Positions 54,951-64,000 of a stretch of 64,000 nt of DNA are shown here, in pieces. The notes below the pieces were generated by a model. That model made no database searches, had not been told where the DNA came from, and worked only from the letters and a program-made list of their open reading frames with translations. Source of the DNA: Vulcanimicrobiota bacterium (GTDB lineage: Bacteria > Vulcanimicrobiota > Vulcanimicrobiia > Vulcanimicrobiales > Vulcanimicrobiaceae); the NCBI GenBank assembly GCA_963833095.1, contig CAWHWQ010000001.1, positions 32,001-96,000 of the forward strand. Reading direction: 5' to 3'. Position 1 is the stretch's first letter; each line of letters starts with the position of its first letter. The position numbers were made by a program, and so were the translations under genes.

Positions 54951-57900
54951 GCGAACCCGCAGACTAAGCTGCGCGGTACGTGCCATGGGGTAACTCATCG
55001 GCACGTACCCGCCGCGCCCGTAGCTCCACGGCAGCGCCGGCGTGATCCCGTTATTGGTCGGCACCCCGTTGCCCACGTAGCCAGGTGGTCCGATCAAATA
55101 CGGATTGCCCTGGAGCTGCGTCGGCGTCGTCACGTTGAGGACGTTGGACCAATCGAAGGCAATGGTCAGCCGGGAGGTTGCGTCGTCCTCGACGTGGAGC
55201 GAGAGCAGCAATTGGGGCGGTGTGCGCAACGTGTTGGGGTCGCTTCCTTCGGCCGTTCCAAGCGAGCCGACGTACGGATTGCTCTGCGCATTGTATGGTT
55301 GCGCCGGATTTTCCAGGAAGTAATAGTTGTAGCCTGGGTTGTAGTAGTTGTCATTGGGAATTTGCTCGGGTTTATCCGTGACGGGATTGAAGATCCAGAT
55401 CATCGTTCCATTGCCGTACGGATATCCCGATTCGTACGAGAGTGACGGCGTGATGCGTAGGCGCCGGTTATTCAAATCGAGCTCGTAGGACAGCATGGCC
55501 GTCAGATCAGGCACGTAGCCGGCGGGGAAAAGATGCCCGGCCGCAACCGCAGCCGCGTTGAGATCGTTGAATGCGAATTGCGACGCACTTGAGGAATAGG
55601 CACGAACGGTGTTCGCGGTGAGTTCGAAACCGCCACGCTTGACGTACAATTCGAATCCGTGCGCCCGCAAGTCGCCCGCATTGGTCGGGACGCCAACGCC
55701 GTTTGGGCTTTCGCCTGACGCGATTGCAGAGCGAAAATTGTAGGGCAGGACGTCGATGCGATTGGTCTCGTCGCTCGCGTAGTAGGTCACGCGTACTTGA
55801 GTCCGGCCGCCGCTCTCGAACGAGTACGTCTGGTTGCGGCCGACCTCGGGCGCAAGCGGTGCGAACGGCGCGGGCGAACCTGATGGGCTCACGTTGGTCG
55901 AATCGACGCGATCGGTTTCGAGCGGGGCCGGCGCGACCGTGTTGTGATCGTAGGTGACGCGTACCGAATATTGGTTGCCGATGCGGTAGGATGCCGCAAC
56001 GTGCGGATCGAGGGCCGCCTCGTTATAAGCGGACCCGCTACTGGGAACGACGTGCGTGCCCGTCAGGCGCAGCGCGCCGGTCAGATCGAAGCGACGCGAG
56101 AGCGACCACGTGTCACCCGTGTAGACGAGATAGGATTGCAGCGTTGGGTTTGAGGTGATGTATTCATCCGCCGTTGGTACCACCTGATCGAGAAACGAGG
56201 TGTTGACCCGGTAGTCGGCGCCGTACTTAATGTCGTGCCGATCGCTTGCTGCATCATCGACGTCGTACGACAGACCGGTTTCGCGAGCGCCCTGCTGCGC
56301 CGACAGCGAGATGACTCCGTCAGGATAGGAGAGATCGTCCCAAAACGGGCCGCCCGCCGACGACCCGTACTGCGAACGATAGACCTGAATGCGCGAGAGC
56401 GCGTGCGCGCTCGTGTGCGCCCACGCGATCTTGGCTAACGCAAAACTCCCGCGGAGCCCCGAAGCATAGGTGACCGGCGTGTTTGGATTCACCTCCCCCG
56501 GAAACGTCGTGGAGGTACCGTCGAAGGCACCGACGGTTTCGCCCGGATAGGGCGTACCGTACTGATTGTAAGCGGCCTGTCCAGTGAGCATCACGAGCGA
56601 AAGATCGTCGCGCGCATCCAAGGCGAAATGAACGTTTCCCGCGAGCGTCGCCGTGCCGCGTGACTGCAATGCGAGTCCGTACGTGCCGGCTTCCGATGGG
56701 TAAAACGTGTAGCCGTCGCCGTAGGTGAAGTACTCGCTCGAGAGCGTCGTTGCGAACGCGTAGCGCCAACGCAAGTCCGGCGTCGCCCACAACGCTTCCA
56801 GCGAGAGGCCCTGAAGCTGCGTGCCGAAGCCGCTGCTAAGCGTCGCAATCGTGCGACCGGGATAGATGCCGGTTGCCGGGATCTCGTCGATGATTCCGCC
56901 CAGTGCGTTCTCGCCTTGCGCCTCGTAACCGGCCAGCGTCACCGTCGTCGATCCGATACCGGTCGTTGGGAGCTGCGCACCGGCGATATTGCCGCCGGGC
57001 TCCGCCACGATGCCCTGCGGAACAGGAACGGAGTCGTAGTCGAAGATCGCGTCCGAAATCTTTCCACCGCGCAAGATCGCATTAGCGAACGAATCCTGGT
57101 CCACGCCCGGCACGCCGGCGATCGCACCCTGCACGCTACCGCTTAAATAATTCCCGAGCCCGGACGCCGACGCGACCGGCGCGAGCGCTTGAGCACGTGA
57201 TCCATTCACGGTGAAGGCGTCGCTAGTCGAACCTACCTCAAAACTCGACGAGCGCGCGCGCACGCTCCCGATCGTCTTGAGTACCGGCGCGAGCGCAAAT
57301 TCGAGGTGCGCTCTCCCGCCGGGAAGCACACCGATACCGCTCTCTGATGCATCAGCGTATCCGCTTGCGCGTACCGAGACGAGGTACGTTCCTGCAGCGA
57401 CACCAAGGAGCGTAAACGATCCGCGCGCGTCGGTGCGCACCGCGTACCGTCCCGCATTCGAAACCGCCGACACGCCCGCATTGGCGATGGGCAATCCGCT
57501 TGCCGAACGAACGATTCCAAGGATCGTACCAGTCGTTGATTCCGCTGCGCGCGCAGCGGCGCAAGAGGCGATTGTCGCCACAACTGCGAGCGTGACCAGC
57601 GCCGCCGTGCGCAGCGCCGCTGCAAGCATGCACTCAACGCACAGCGCGATTATGGCGTATGACAGCAGCACCGGCCCCGCGTGCGCCACGAGCACCGAGC
57701 GTGGATCGAACACGCCGACGCCACCGAATCGGACCTCGTAGCCCTCCATGGCGATTACGAGCCCAAGCGAGAGCGTGAGCGCGCACGCATTCCACCAAAA
57801 GCGTTGCGCAACTCCGGAAGGACGTAATCCAACCAACTCGTCGGGGGCAAACCAGCGCACGGCGGCCGCGTACCATGCCAGCATGACGCTCAAGAGCAAG

Positions 57901-58061
57901 GCCACGGCCGCGGCGGGCCGCAACGCCTCCTGGTGAAAATCCGAAGGGCCGATGCCCCATAAGCCATTGTTCGAAAGCCATTCGGTGATCCCGTCACCGA
58001 AGATCGCGGCCCAGAGGGCAACCGCGACCAGCATCCCGAGAATGAGCAGCGTTCGACGCAT
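54942..58061 (-). CDS. TonB-dependent receptor with in-frame N-terminal membrane domain
   Basis: About 4 TM segments, signal-like MLAAALR..ARA, carboxypeptidase-regulatory domain, plug, barrel ending ARTAQLSLRVRLP. Confidence 0.75.
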   Translation of the reverse strand: MRRTLLILGMLVAVALWAAIFGDGITEWLSNNGLWGIGPSDFHQEALRPAAAVALLLSVMLAWYAAAVRWFAPDELVGLRPSGVAQRFWWNACALTLSLGLVIAMEGYEVRFGGVGVFDPRSVLVAHAGPVLLSYAIIALCVECMLAAALRTAALVTLAVVATIASCAAARAAESTTGTILGIVRSASGLPIANAGVSAVSNAGRYAVRTDARGSFTLLGVAAGTYLVSVRASGYADASESGIGVLPGGRAHLEFALAPVLKTIGSVRARSSSFEVGSTSDAFTVNGSRAQALAPVASASGLGNYLSGSVQGAIAGVPGVDQDSFANAILRGGKISDAIFDYDSVPVPQGIVAEPGGNIAGAQLPTTGIGSTTVTLAGYEAQGENALGGIIDEIPATGIYPGRTIATLSSGFGTQLQGLSLEALWATPDLRWRYAFATTLSSEYFTYGDGYTFYPSEAGTYGLALQSRGTATLAGNVHFALDARDDLSLVMLTGQAAYNQYGTPYPGETVGAFDGTSTTFPGEVNPNTPVTYASGLRGSFALAKIAWAHTSAHALSRIQVYRSQYGSSAGGPFWDDLSYPDGVISLSAQQGARETGLSYDVDDAASDRHDIKYGADYRVNTSFLDQVVPTADEYITSNPTLQSYLVYTGDTWSLSRRFDLTGALRLTGTHVVPSSGSAYNEAALDPHVAASYRIGNQYSVRVTYDHNTVAPAPLETDRVDSTNVSPSGSPAPFAPLAPEVGRNQTYSFESGGRTQVRVTYYASDETNRIDVLPYNFRSAIASGESPNGVGVPTNAGDLRAHGFELYVKRGGFELTANTVRAYSSSASQFAFNDLNAAAVAAGHLFPAGYVPDLTAMLSYELDLNNRRLRITPSLSYESGYPYGNGTMIWIFNPVTDKPEQIPNDNYYNPGYNYYFLENPAQPYNAQSNPYVGSLGTAEGSDPNTLRTPPQLLLSLHVEDDATSRLTIAFDWSNVLNVTTPTQLQGNPYLIGPPGYVGNGVPTNNGITPALPWSYGRGGYVPMSYPMARTAQLSLRVRLP

Positions 58062-58077
58062 GGGCTGCTGCTTCGGG

Positions 58078-58470
58078 CTACTGCTTGACGATTGCTGCCG
58101 TCGATGCGCTGGCTTGACCGAATGTAAGTGCCGAAGATCCCGCATGATAGCCGTTCTTGCTCAGGATAAAGGCCAGAATATCGACGTACTGGGTATGCGA
58201 AAGGCTCGCCGGCGCGTTCATCGGCATGTTGGTCGTCATATAAGTAAAGATGTCGCTGACATCCGCCTTGACCTTGGTACTCAGCGTCTTAAAGTTTGGA
58301 CCGCTTAAAGCCGGACCGGCTCCGCCCTCGAGCTGCGTCCCATGACAGAGTGCGCATTTGGCTGCGAAAGCGGAAGCACCAGCGGAGACCTGCGCTGAGG
58401 TGAACGATATCGGAGTCGCGGCAGCAGCAACTAGCACGGCTGCTGCCGTGAAAAGGGAGAGAACCTGCAT
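58078..58470 (-). CDS. Periplasmic c-type cytochrome (probable XoxG-equivalent electron acceptor)
   Basis: Signal peptide, CALCH, distal MP; in the xoxF operon. Confidence 0.88.
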   Translation of the reverse strand: MQVLSLFTAAAVLVAAAATPISFTSAQVSAGASAFAAKCALCHGTQLEGGAGPALSGPNFKTLSTKVKADVSDIFTYMTTNMPMNAPASLSHTQYVDILAFILSKNGYHAGSSALTFGQASASTAAIVKQ

Positions 58471-58476
58471 CCGCGA

Positions 58477-58932
58477 TCAGCGTCGAGCGACTTGCGCGTG
58501 GACGTCGTCGAGATCTTCGATCGTATTGAGCGTCACGGCGTCTTTGATCGCCCCACTCTTAATGCCCGACGACGCGCGCATCTTTCCGGCCAGTTCGTCA
58601 GAATGTTTGTAGCCGCGCACCGCATCGTTGTGCTTCTTGATCCTCTCGGGCGAGATCGATCCGCCATTCTGCGCGAGGACCCATTCCTCGAACTCAATGT
58701 ATTTCGGATGATTCCTCTTGATGAACTCCACCGTCTTCTGCCGATCGAGTCCCAGCGCGTCCAGCGTCATTTGGTCGAAACCTTTCCCGCACTCGTCATA
58801 GCTATCCGGAAGCACCCCGGCGGCAGCTAACGTCAGCTTCGTCCAAAGACGCGGCAAGTGGATCGCGCCGAGCGGTCCGGCCGTGTCCGAGCTGATGAGG
58901 GGAACGACATGTTCGAGCGTTACGGTTGGCAT
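58477..58932 (-). CDS. DUF5069-like protein
   Basis: LGAIHLPRLWTK...FDQMTLDALGLD pattern; GGAG RBS. Confidence 0.65.
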   Translation of the reverse strand: MPTVTLEHVVPLISSDTAGPLGAIHLPRLWTKLTLAAAGVLPDSYDECGKGFDQMTLDALGLDRQKTVEFIKRNHPKYIEFEEWVLAQNGGSISPERIKKHNDAVRGYKHSDELAGKMRASSGIKSGAIKDAVTLNTIEDLDDVHAQVARR

Positions 58933-58941
58933 TGATGTCTC

Positions 58942-59862
58942 CTAAGCGTTAGTTGGTTGTTTGAGAGTGTGCTGTCCGTGGCGATCGAGAAAGGTCAACT
59001 CAGAAACGCCGGACTTGTCGAGCTGCCCAAGTCGTAGGGCTTTCATGCGCTCGAACTGATCGAAGGTTGCTTGGGCCACCGGTAGTGAGAGGTCGTGATC
59101 GCGGGCAAGACCCAGCGCGATCCCCGAATCCTTCGCCGCGTGTTCGGCAGAAAAGTAGACATCGTGTTCGCGATTCTGCATGTCCTCGCCATCGGTCTCG
59201 AGGACGCGCGAGTTTGCTCCAGTTTGCGAAAACACTTCTCGCAGCATCGTCAGATCGAGTCCAAGCGCATCGCCCAGGCCCAAACCCTCAGCAAGGCCCG
59301 CAGTGTTGATGTTCATAACCATGTTGACTAGGGCTTTGACTTGCGCGGCGCGGCCGGCTTGGCCAACATAGCGAAGCGACGCGCTCATCTTGGCAAGCAT
59401 TGGTTCGACGCGATCGAAGATCTCACGACGACCGCCGACCATCAAGTACAACGTGCCGTTGCGCGCTTGCGGAATCGAACTTGCCATGCACGCTTCCAGC
59501 GAGTGCGCACCGCGGGCTTCCGCGCGCCGCTGCACCTCCACGTGAATCGCCGGCGTCACCGTCGCGCAGTTGACGAAGATCTTTCCTTTTGCGCCCTCGA
59601 GCAGACTGTCACCGCGTTCCGCGAAGATGCGTTCCATCGCGGCGTCGTCGGTGACCACCGTGATAATGATGTCCGCATGTGCGGTGACGTCCGCAAGCCT
59701 GGTGTAGGCGGTACCCTTGGTCTGTGCGGCTGCGTCCTGCGCCGCTTCGCTGCGAATATCGTAGTAGGCGACCACTGGGTAGCCGACCTCCGCCAAGCGT
59801 TGACCGATGTTCGCGCCCATGCGACCAGCGCCGACGATCCCGATAGTAGGAAGCTTGCTCAT
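58942..59862 (-). CDS. NAD(P)-dependent beta-hydroxyacid dehydrogenase family protein
   Basis: GAGRMG, LYLMVGG, catalytic VKALVN, KD motif. Confidence 0.88.
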   Translation of the reverse strand: MSKLPTIGIVGAGRMGANIGQRLAEVGYPVVAYYDIRSEAAQDAAAQTKGTAYTRLADVTAHADIIITVVTDDAAMERIFAERGDSLLEGAKGKIFVNCATVTPAIHVEVQRRAEARGAHSLEACMASSIPQARNGTLYLMVGGRREIFDRVEPMLAKMSASLRYVGQAGRAAQVKALVNMVMNINTAGLAEGLGLGDALGLDLTMLREVFSQTGANSRVLETDGEDMQNREHDVYFSAEHAAKDSGIALGLARDHDLSLPVAQATFDQFERMKALRLGQLDKSGVSELTFLDRHGQHTLKQPTNA

Positions 59863-60689
59863 CCGTTTCCATTCGGTTTGAAGTAGGTGATGTGATACGC
59901 ATTCAAGATCTGGTCGATCTTCGACTGCTGCTGCACGAGGACGCGATTGAGTTGGATAACGAGCGCGTCATTCCCCGAGCGAGTAGCCATCGCCATCGGA
60001 AACGTGTATTGCTCGGGCGAGCCTTGGCTGCGCGCGTTGGGGATGATCACGGCGGTCAGGTCGGGATGCTGCCCGACGAAGTAGCCGACCGCGGGGTCCC
60101 AGGTCAGGCCTACGTTGATCGTGCCGGCCTGCACGGCGTCGACGATTGCTTGCGGTGATGCATCTTCTTCGTCTGCCGTCATGAATGGCTTGGCACCGAT
60201 CGTGAGGGCCCGAAGTTTGAGACCGATCTCCACCGGCGTATCGACCTCGTAGCCGATCTTGACCTGGTGGAGCTCGGGCGAATCGAGCGACGTGATCCCG
60301 TCAGCGCGCGATCCTTTCTTATAGACGAACACATAGGACGAAATGTAGTACGGGCGCGTGGTTTGGAGATCGGCAATAGTATAGGGTACGTCAACGACCA
60401 GATCGCATCGGCCCTTGTTGACATACAGATGCACCATCTCAGTGAACCCGTCCTCACCTCGGATCGACTTCCATACATAAACCACTGGCCTCCCCAAGCT
60501 CGCGCCGATCAACTGTGCAATGTGATTTTCAAATCCGTTGCCTGCACGATTCGAGTAGGGCATGTAGTCTGGGTCGGCGCAGACGCGCAACGGCACGACC
60601 GCCGGGGCCGGCGGCGCTGCCGCCGCCGTACCCCATAGCAGGAGTGCTCCGATAATCGCGCCGCCGAGTTGCAATCGGCGCATCATCAC
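59859..60689 (-). CDS. xoxJ: XoxJ/MxaJ-family periplasmic binding protein
   Basis: LRVCADPDYMPYSN..G.GFEN, TRPYYISSYVFV. Confidence 0.88.
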   Translation of the reverse strand: MMMRRLQLGGAIIGALLLWGTAAAAPPAPAVVPLRVCADPDYMPYSNRAGNGFENHIAQLIGASLGRPVVYVWKSIRGEDGFTEMVHLYVNKGRCDLVVDVPYTIADLQTTRPYYISSYVFVYKKGSRADGITSLDSPELHQVKIGYEVDTPVEIGLKLRALTIGAKPFMTADEEDASPQAIVDAVQAGTINVGLTWDPAVGYFVGQHPDLTAVIIPNARSQGSPEQYTFPMAMATRSGNDALVIQLNRVLVQQQSKIDQILNAYHITYFKPNGNG

Positions 60690-62473
60690 TCGATCGTGAA
60701 GACGACGAGGTCACCGCCGAGCGTCGTGTATTTCGCCAAGTCCGCAGCTGCACCAACGGCACCGAGGCCCGCCGTGGGGTTGGTGAGTCCCGCCGCAAGG
60801 CCGATACCGGCCCAGCCGCCGACGCCCGCAAGAATTGCGACGTACTCTTTTCCGCCGTAGGAATAGACGATCGGTGAACCGATCATGCCCGACGGCATCT
60901 TTTGCTTGAAGAGCAAACCGCCGGTCTTGGTGTCGACGGCCTTGAACCATCCATCCATCGTTCCGTAGAACGCGATCCCATTGGCGGTTGCGACGCCGCT
61001 CCAGGCCGGAAAGTGCTCGTGATCGCTCCACACGATCTTGCCGGCATTGGGATCCCATGCAATCACTGCGCCGCCATAATTACCCGGCCCGCGGTACATC
61101 TTCACAATGGCGCCGACGAACGGGAATCCGGCTTTATATTTGACTGCAAAGGGTTGATAGTCTTCGCACCAGTGGTTGGTTGGGACGATGAAGTACCCAG
61201 TCGACGGATCGAATGCCGCCGGCTGCTGATCCTTGCTTCCGATCGACGCAGGGCAGATGCCCTTGGTGTTGTAGCCCTGCCGCGTCGAGTAGGCCGTGTT
61301 CTGGTTCGGTTTTCCGGCCGCGACGTTATAGTCGTATGCCCAGTTGACCGATGGATCGAACTTGTTGGCAAGGAGCAATTTGCCCGTTTCGCGATTTAGC
61401 TCGAACGCAAAACCGTCGCGATCGAAGTGCACGAGCGCCGGCACGTCTTGGTTCTGGACTTTGATGTCGGCAAGAATCATCTCGTTGACGCCGTCGTAGT
61501 CCCATTCATCGTGCGGCGTCATTTGAAACGCCCACACGGCCTGGCCGGTTCCAGGATGACGGGCGAAGATCGTCATCGACCACTTATTCTCACCCGGCCG
61601 CTGCGACGGATTCCACGTCCCTGGGTTGCCCGTTCCGTAGTAGAAGAGATCGAGCTTGGGATCGTAGGAGTACCAGCCCCAGGTCGTTCCGCCGCCGACT
61701 TTCCATTCGTCGCCGCGCCACGTCGCGGTGCCTTGGTTGCGCGGACCGTGGAAGCCGCTGCCGATGAGAATATCGGAATCCGGCCCCTCGCTGTATGCGC
61801 GCCAAACCTGATGTCCGCTGTGCAAATCGAGGCCCGTAACGTATCCGCGGACGCCGAATTCACCCCCGGAAACACCGACGATGACGCGGTTCTTTTCCGG
61901 GATGACGAGTGGCGCCGAAGTCAGCGTTTGACCCAGTTCGGGATCGGCTTCCTTATATTTCCAATCGACTTTCCCGGTAGCCGCGTCGAGCGCGTAGACG
62001 TTCCCGTCGAGCGCGTCGGCGATGATCATGCCGTTCCCGTAGCCGACGCCACGATTGACCAGGTCGCAGCATGCGACCGACGTTGCAAAGGTGTCTTGCG
62101 TCGGCGTGTATTCCCATTTGATGTGATAATCGTCCAGCGACACCGCGTAGACGTGATTGGGATAGGCGCTTTCAAAATACAGCGTGTCGCCGATCACGAG
62201 GGGCTGCCCTTCATGGCCGCGCGTGGCTCCGGTCGACATCATCCAGGCGACGTGCATATTCTTGGCATTATCGGTCGTGATCTGTGTGAGGTCACTGTGC
62301 CGCAGGTTTGCAAAATCGCCCGCGGGCATCACCCATTGATTCGGATTCTGGCTCATGTCGTTTAGCGAGACCTGCTGTTGAGCTCCCGCCGTCTGACTGT
62401 GAAGAAGGTACGCGCTGAGCAATCCAATAGCAAGCAGCGGCACGAGGACCACTGCAAAAAGACGTGTCTTCAT
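60686..62473 (-). CDS. xoxF: Lanthanide-dependent PQQ methanol dehydrogenase
   Basis: RGHEG, ACCDLVNRG, GGEFGVRG, GGTTWGW, DEWDYDGVNE (extra Asp), KDQQP. Confidence 0.92.
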   Translation of the reverse strand: MKTRLFAVVLVPLLAIGLLSAYLLHSQTAGAQQQVSLNDMSQNPNQWVMPAGDFANLRHSDLTQITTDNAKNMHVAWMMSTGATRGHEGQPLVIGDTLYFESAYPNHVYAVSLDDYHIKWEYTPTQDTFATSVACCDLVNRGVGYGNGMIIADALDGNVYALDAATGKVDWKYKEADPELGQTLTSAPLVIPEKNRVIVGVSGGEFGVRGYVTGLDLHSGHQVWRAYSEGPDSDILIGSGFHGPRNQGTATWRGDEWKVGGGTTWGWYSYDPKLDLFYYGTGNPGTWNPSQRPGENKWSMTIFARHPGTGQAVWAFQMTPHDEWDYDGVNEMILADIKVQNQDVPALVHFDRDGFAFELNRETGKLLLANKFDPSVNWAYDYNVAAGKPNQNTAYSTRQGYNTKGICPASIGSKDQQPAAFDPSTGYFIVPTNHWCEDYQPFAVKYKAGFPFVGAIVKMYRGPGNYGGAVIAWDPNAGKIVWSDHEHFPAWSGVATANGIAFYGTMDGWFKAVDTKTGGLLFKQKMPSGMIGSPIVYSYGGKEYVAILAGVGGWAGIGLAAGLTNPTAGLGAVGAAADLAKYTTLGGDLVVFTIE

Positions 62474-62547
62474 TCGTTTACTCCTGGCACCCGGTGTGCG
62501 TCGCCCTCAAGCGTAGGTTCGCGGGATTGTGCTTGGCAATCGACCGC

Positions 62548-62611
62548 CCTGATGATCATCAAACCTGATGATGCCGTCCAACAGGGACCCGCGCTTACGG
62601 CTGATAATCAG
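62548..62611. promoter_or_regulatory. Putative operator repeats between xoxF and the divergent regulator
   Basis: TGATGATCATCA palindrome (62550-62561), ATCATCA-aacc-TGATGAT (62555-62572), CTGATAATCAG (62601-62611). Confidence 0.45.
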
Positions 62612-62617
62612 TCCCTT

Positions 62618-63325
62618 ATGGACGTTGACGCGGTGTACCATCGTCCCACCACCATACCCCCGCTTGCGGGTCGGGTCGGCGTCGCAATTGTCGCGAACCG
62701 GCACACGACTGCCGCTGCTCTCGCGGAGCTTTTGAGTGCCGATCCGGAACTTGCGCTACTCGGCATCTCCGACGCCGCGGGTGGAGCAGCGTTGCTTACC
62801 GATCACTCGCTTCGCGTACTTATCGTGAATCTCAGCCTTACCGACGATGACGGTGATTCGGGGACCTCAGAGGGCGTGCGCTTTATCCGCTATGCAAAGC
62901 AGATAAGGCCCGACGTCGGAGTTCTCTCGCTCAAGCGCAAGGTCGACGAACATCAGCTTCGCGCCGCGCTTGATGCAGGTGCCGATGCGTGTTGTCTCGC
63001 GGTCACACCCGGCGCACGGCTGCGCAAGGCGATCAAAGTTGTCGCCGACGGCGCGACCTGGCTCGATCCCGAGGTCGCGCACGCGCTGTTTCACAGCGAG
63101 CCGCGCGACGCGCACGACGCACCGGTTCCGACGCCGCACCTGTCCCCACGCGAGCAACAGATCTTGCGCCTCGTTGTGGAAGGGTATTCAAACGAGGAAA
63201 TCGCGCAACACTTACAGTGCGCGTATCCTACGGTGCGGACGCATCTGGCGCACATGTATCGCAAACTCGAAGTTGACGATCGCGTTTCGGCGGCAGTCTA
63301 CGCGCTGCGCCACGGCCTCACGTGA
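62618..63325 (+). CDS. NarL/LuxR-family response regulator with atypical receiver
   Basis: LSPREQQILRLVVEGYSNEEIA..TVRTH; expected phospho-Asp position reads N (LIVNL). Confidence 0.88.
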   Translation: MDVDAVYHRPTTIPPLAGRVGVAIVANRHTTAAALAELLSADPELALLGISDAAGGAALLTDHSLRVLIVNLSLTDDDGDSGTSEGVRFIRYAKQIRPDVGVLSLKRKVDEHQLRAALDAGADACCLAVTPGARLRKAIKVVADGATWLDPEVAHALFHSEPRDAHDAPVPTPHLSPREQQILRLVVEGYSNEEIAQHLQCAYPTVRTHLAHMYRKLEVDDRVSAAVYALRHGLT

Positions 63326-64000
63326 TTGTGGCGTTTGCCGCGCTTCTCGCAATCGCAACGCCGACGCCAACGCCAACACCCTCCCCGCTTCCGGTCATCG
63401 GCACGGTTCGTGTCGTCACCGGCTCGCAAGAGTCGATGCATAATCTTCCTGTACCGGCGTCACTGTTGGATCAGCAAGCGATCCTCAACCTCCCCGCCGT
63501 TACAGGCGACCAGCTGCTGCGCTATTTGCCCGGCTTCGACCGCAATCGCAGCAATAGCATGTTCACCAACTACGGACAGCTACGTGTTTCATTTGCAGGG
63601 TTGGGCAACGATCGCGGACTCGTCCTTGCCGACGGCATTCCGGCGCAGGACGGCTTCGGTGGACAAGTTGATTGGGCCCAATTTCCCGCGCCGGATCTGA
63701 TTCGCGCCGAACTTCTGCGTGGACCGGGATCGGCGCTCTACGGCGGGGGCGCGGTCGGTGGCGTTCTCGCGCTCCAAACCTACGGCCCAACTCCGGAACT
63801 CGCCGGCCCCGCGGAGGGAACTGTCAGTTTCTCCGGCGGCACGCACGCGTTTGCGCAAACCTACGCGCAATCCACCGCGCCGCTCGGCGGCAAACTCTCG
63901 GCGTCGGTTTCGGCGCTCGCGCAACAGTTGCAATACAACGATCTGGCGCCGGGGTACCAGACCGCGCGCGATAACGAGGCGCAATCGCAAAGCAGCATGG
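63322..64000 (+). CDS. TonB-dependent receptor (3' truncated by window; absent from ORF track)
   Basis: GTG overlapping upstream stop; MIVAFAALLAIATPTPTPTPSP.., LADGIP, ELLRGPGSALYGGGAVGGV plug motif. Confidence 0.88.
   Translation, partial: MIVAFAALLAIATPTPTPTPSPLPVIGTVRVVTGSQESMHNLPVPASLLDQQAILNLPAVTGDQLLRYLPGFDRNRSNSMFTNYGQLRVSFAGLGNDRGLVLADGIPAQDGFGGQVDWAQFPAPDLIRAELLRGPGSALYGGGAVGGVLALQTYGPTPELAGPAEGTVSFSGGTHAFAQTYAQSTAPLGGKLSASVSALAQQLQYNDLAPGYQTARDNEAQSQSSM

Noticed and set aside
60686..62473. Calcium-dependent MxaF
   Set aside because: Motif is DYD rather than DYA, and no mxaI is present
63352..63390. ACGCCR tandem repeat as a contingency locus
   Set aside because: Encodes an ordinary TPTPTPTPSP linker after the signal peptide

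Overview
GC-rich (roughly 60-65% by eye) chromosomal segment from a diderm bacterium (three TonB-dependent receptors). Gene content and protein style suggest Candidatus Eremiobacterota (WPS-2); this is an inference, not a computed placement. Core genes: str operon rpsL-rpsG-fusA-tuf-rpsJ, which terminates after rpsJ with no rplC, and a stand-alone rpoC with its own promoter and structured leader, with no rpoB upstream. An aromatic amino-acid operon (PDT-ACT-DAHP synthase fusion, aroH-type chorismate mutase, tyrA, pheA) follows an unannotated Phe/Tyr/Trp-rich leader-peptide attenuator. A minus-strand regulatory run holds two MalT-like STAND regulators, an unannotated 21-aa secreted-type peptide behind a palindromic operator, an HD-GYP protein, a two-component system and a TonB receptor with a duplicated C-terminal domain. 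A lanthanide-type xoxF-xoxJ-cytochrome c operon carries an embedded atypical NAD-dependent dehydrogenase and a DUF5069-like gene. Also present: a REP-like palindromic repeat family (one copy inside a CDS) and a relic of a flavoenzyme gene. Single-base frameshifts in tuf, rpoC, the aro fusion and one TonB receptor are most likely long-read assembly errors. No tRNA, rRNA, CRISPR array, transposase or prophage was recognised.
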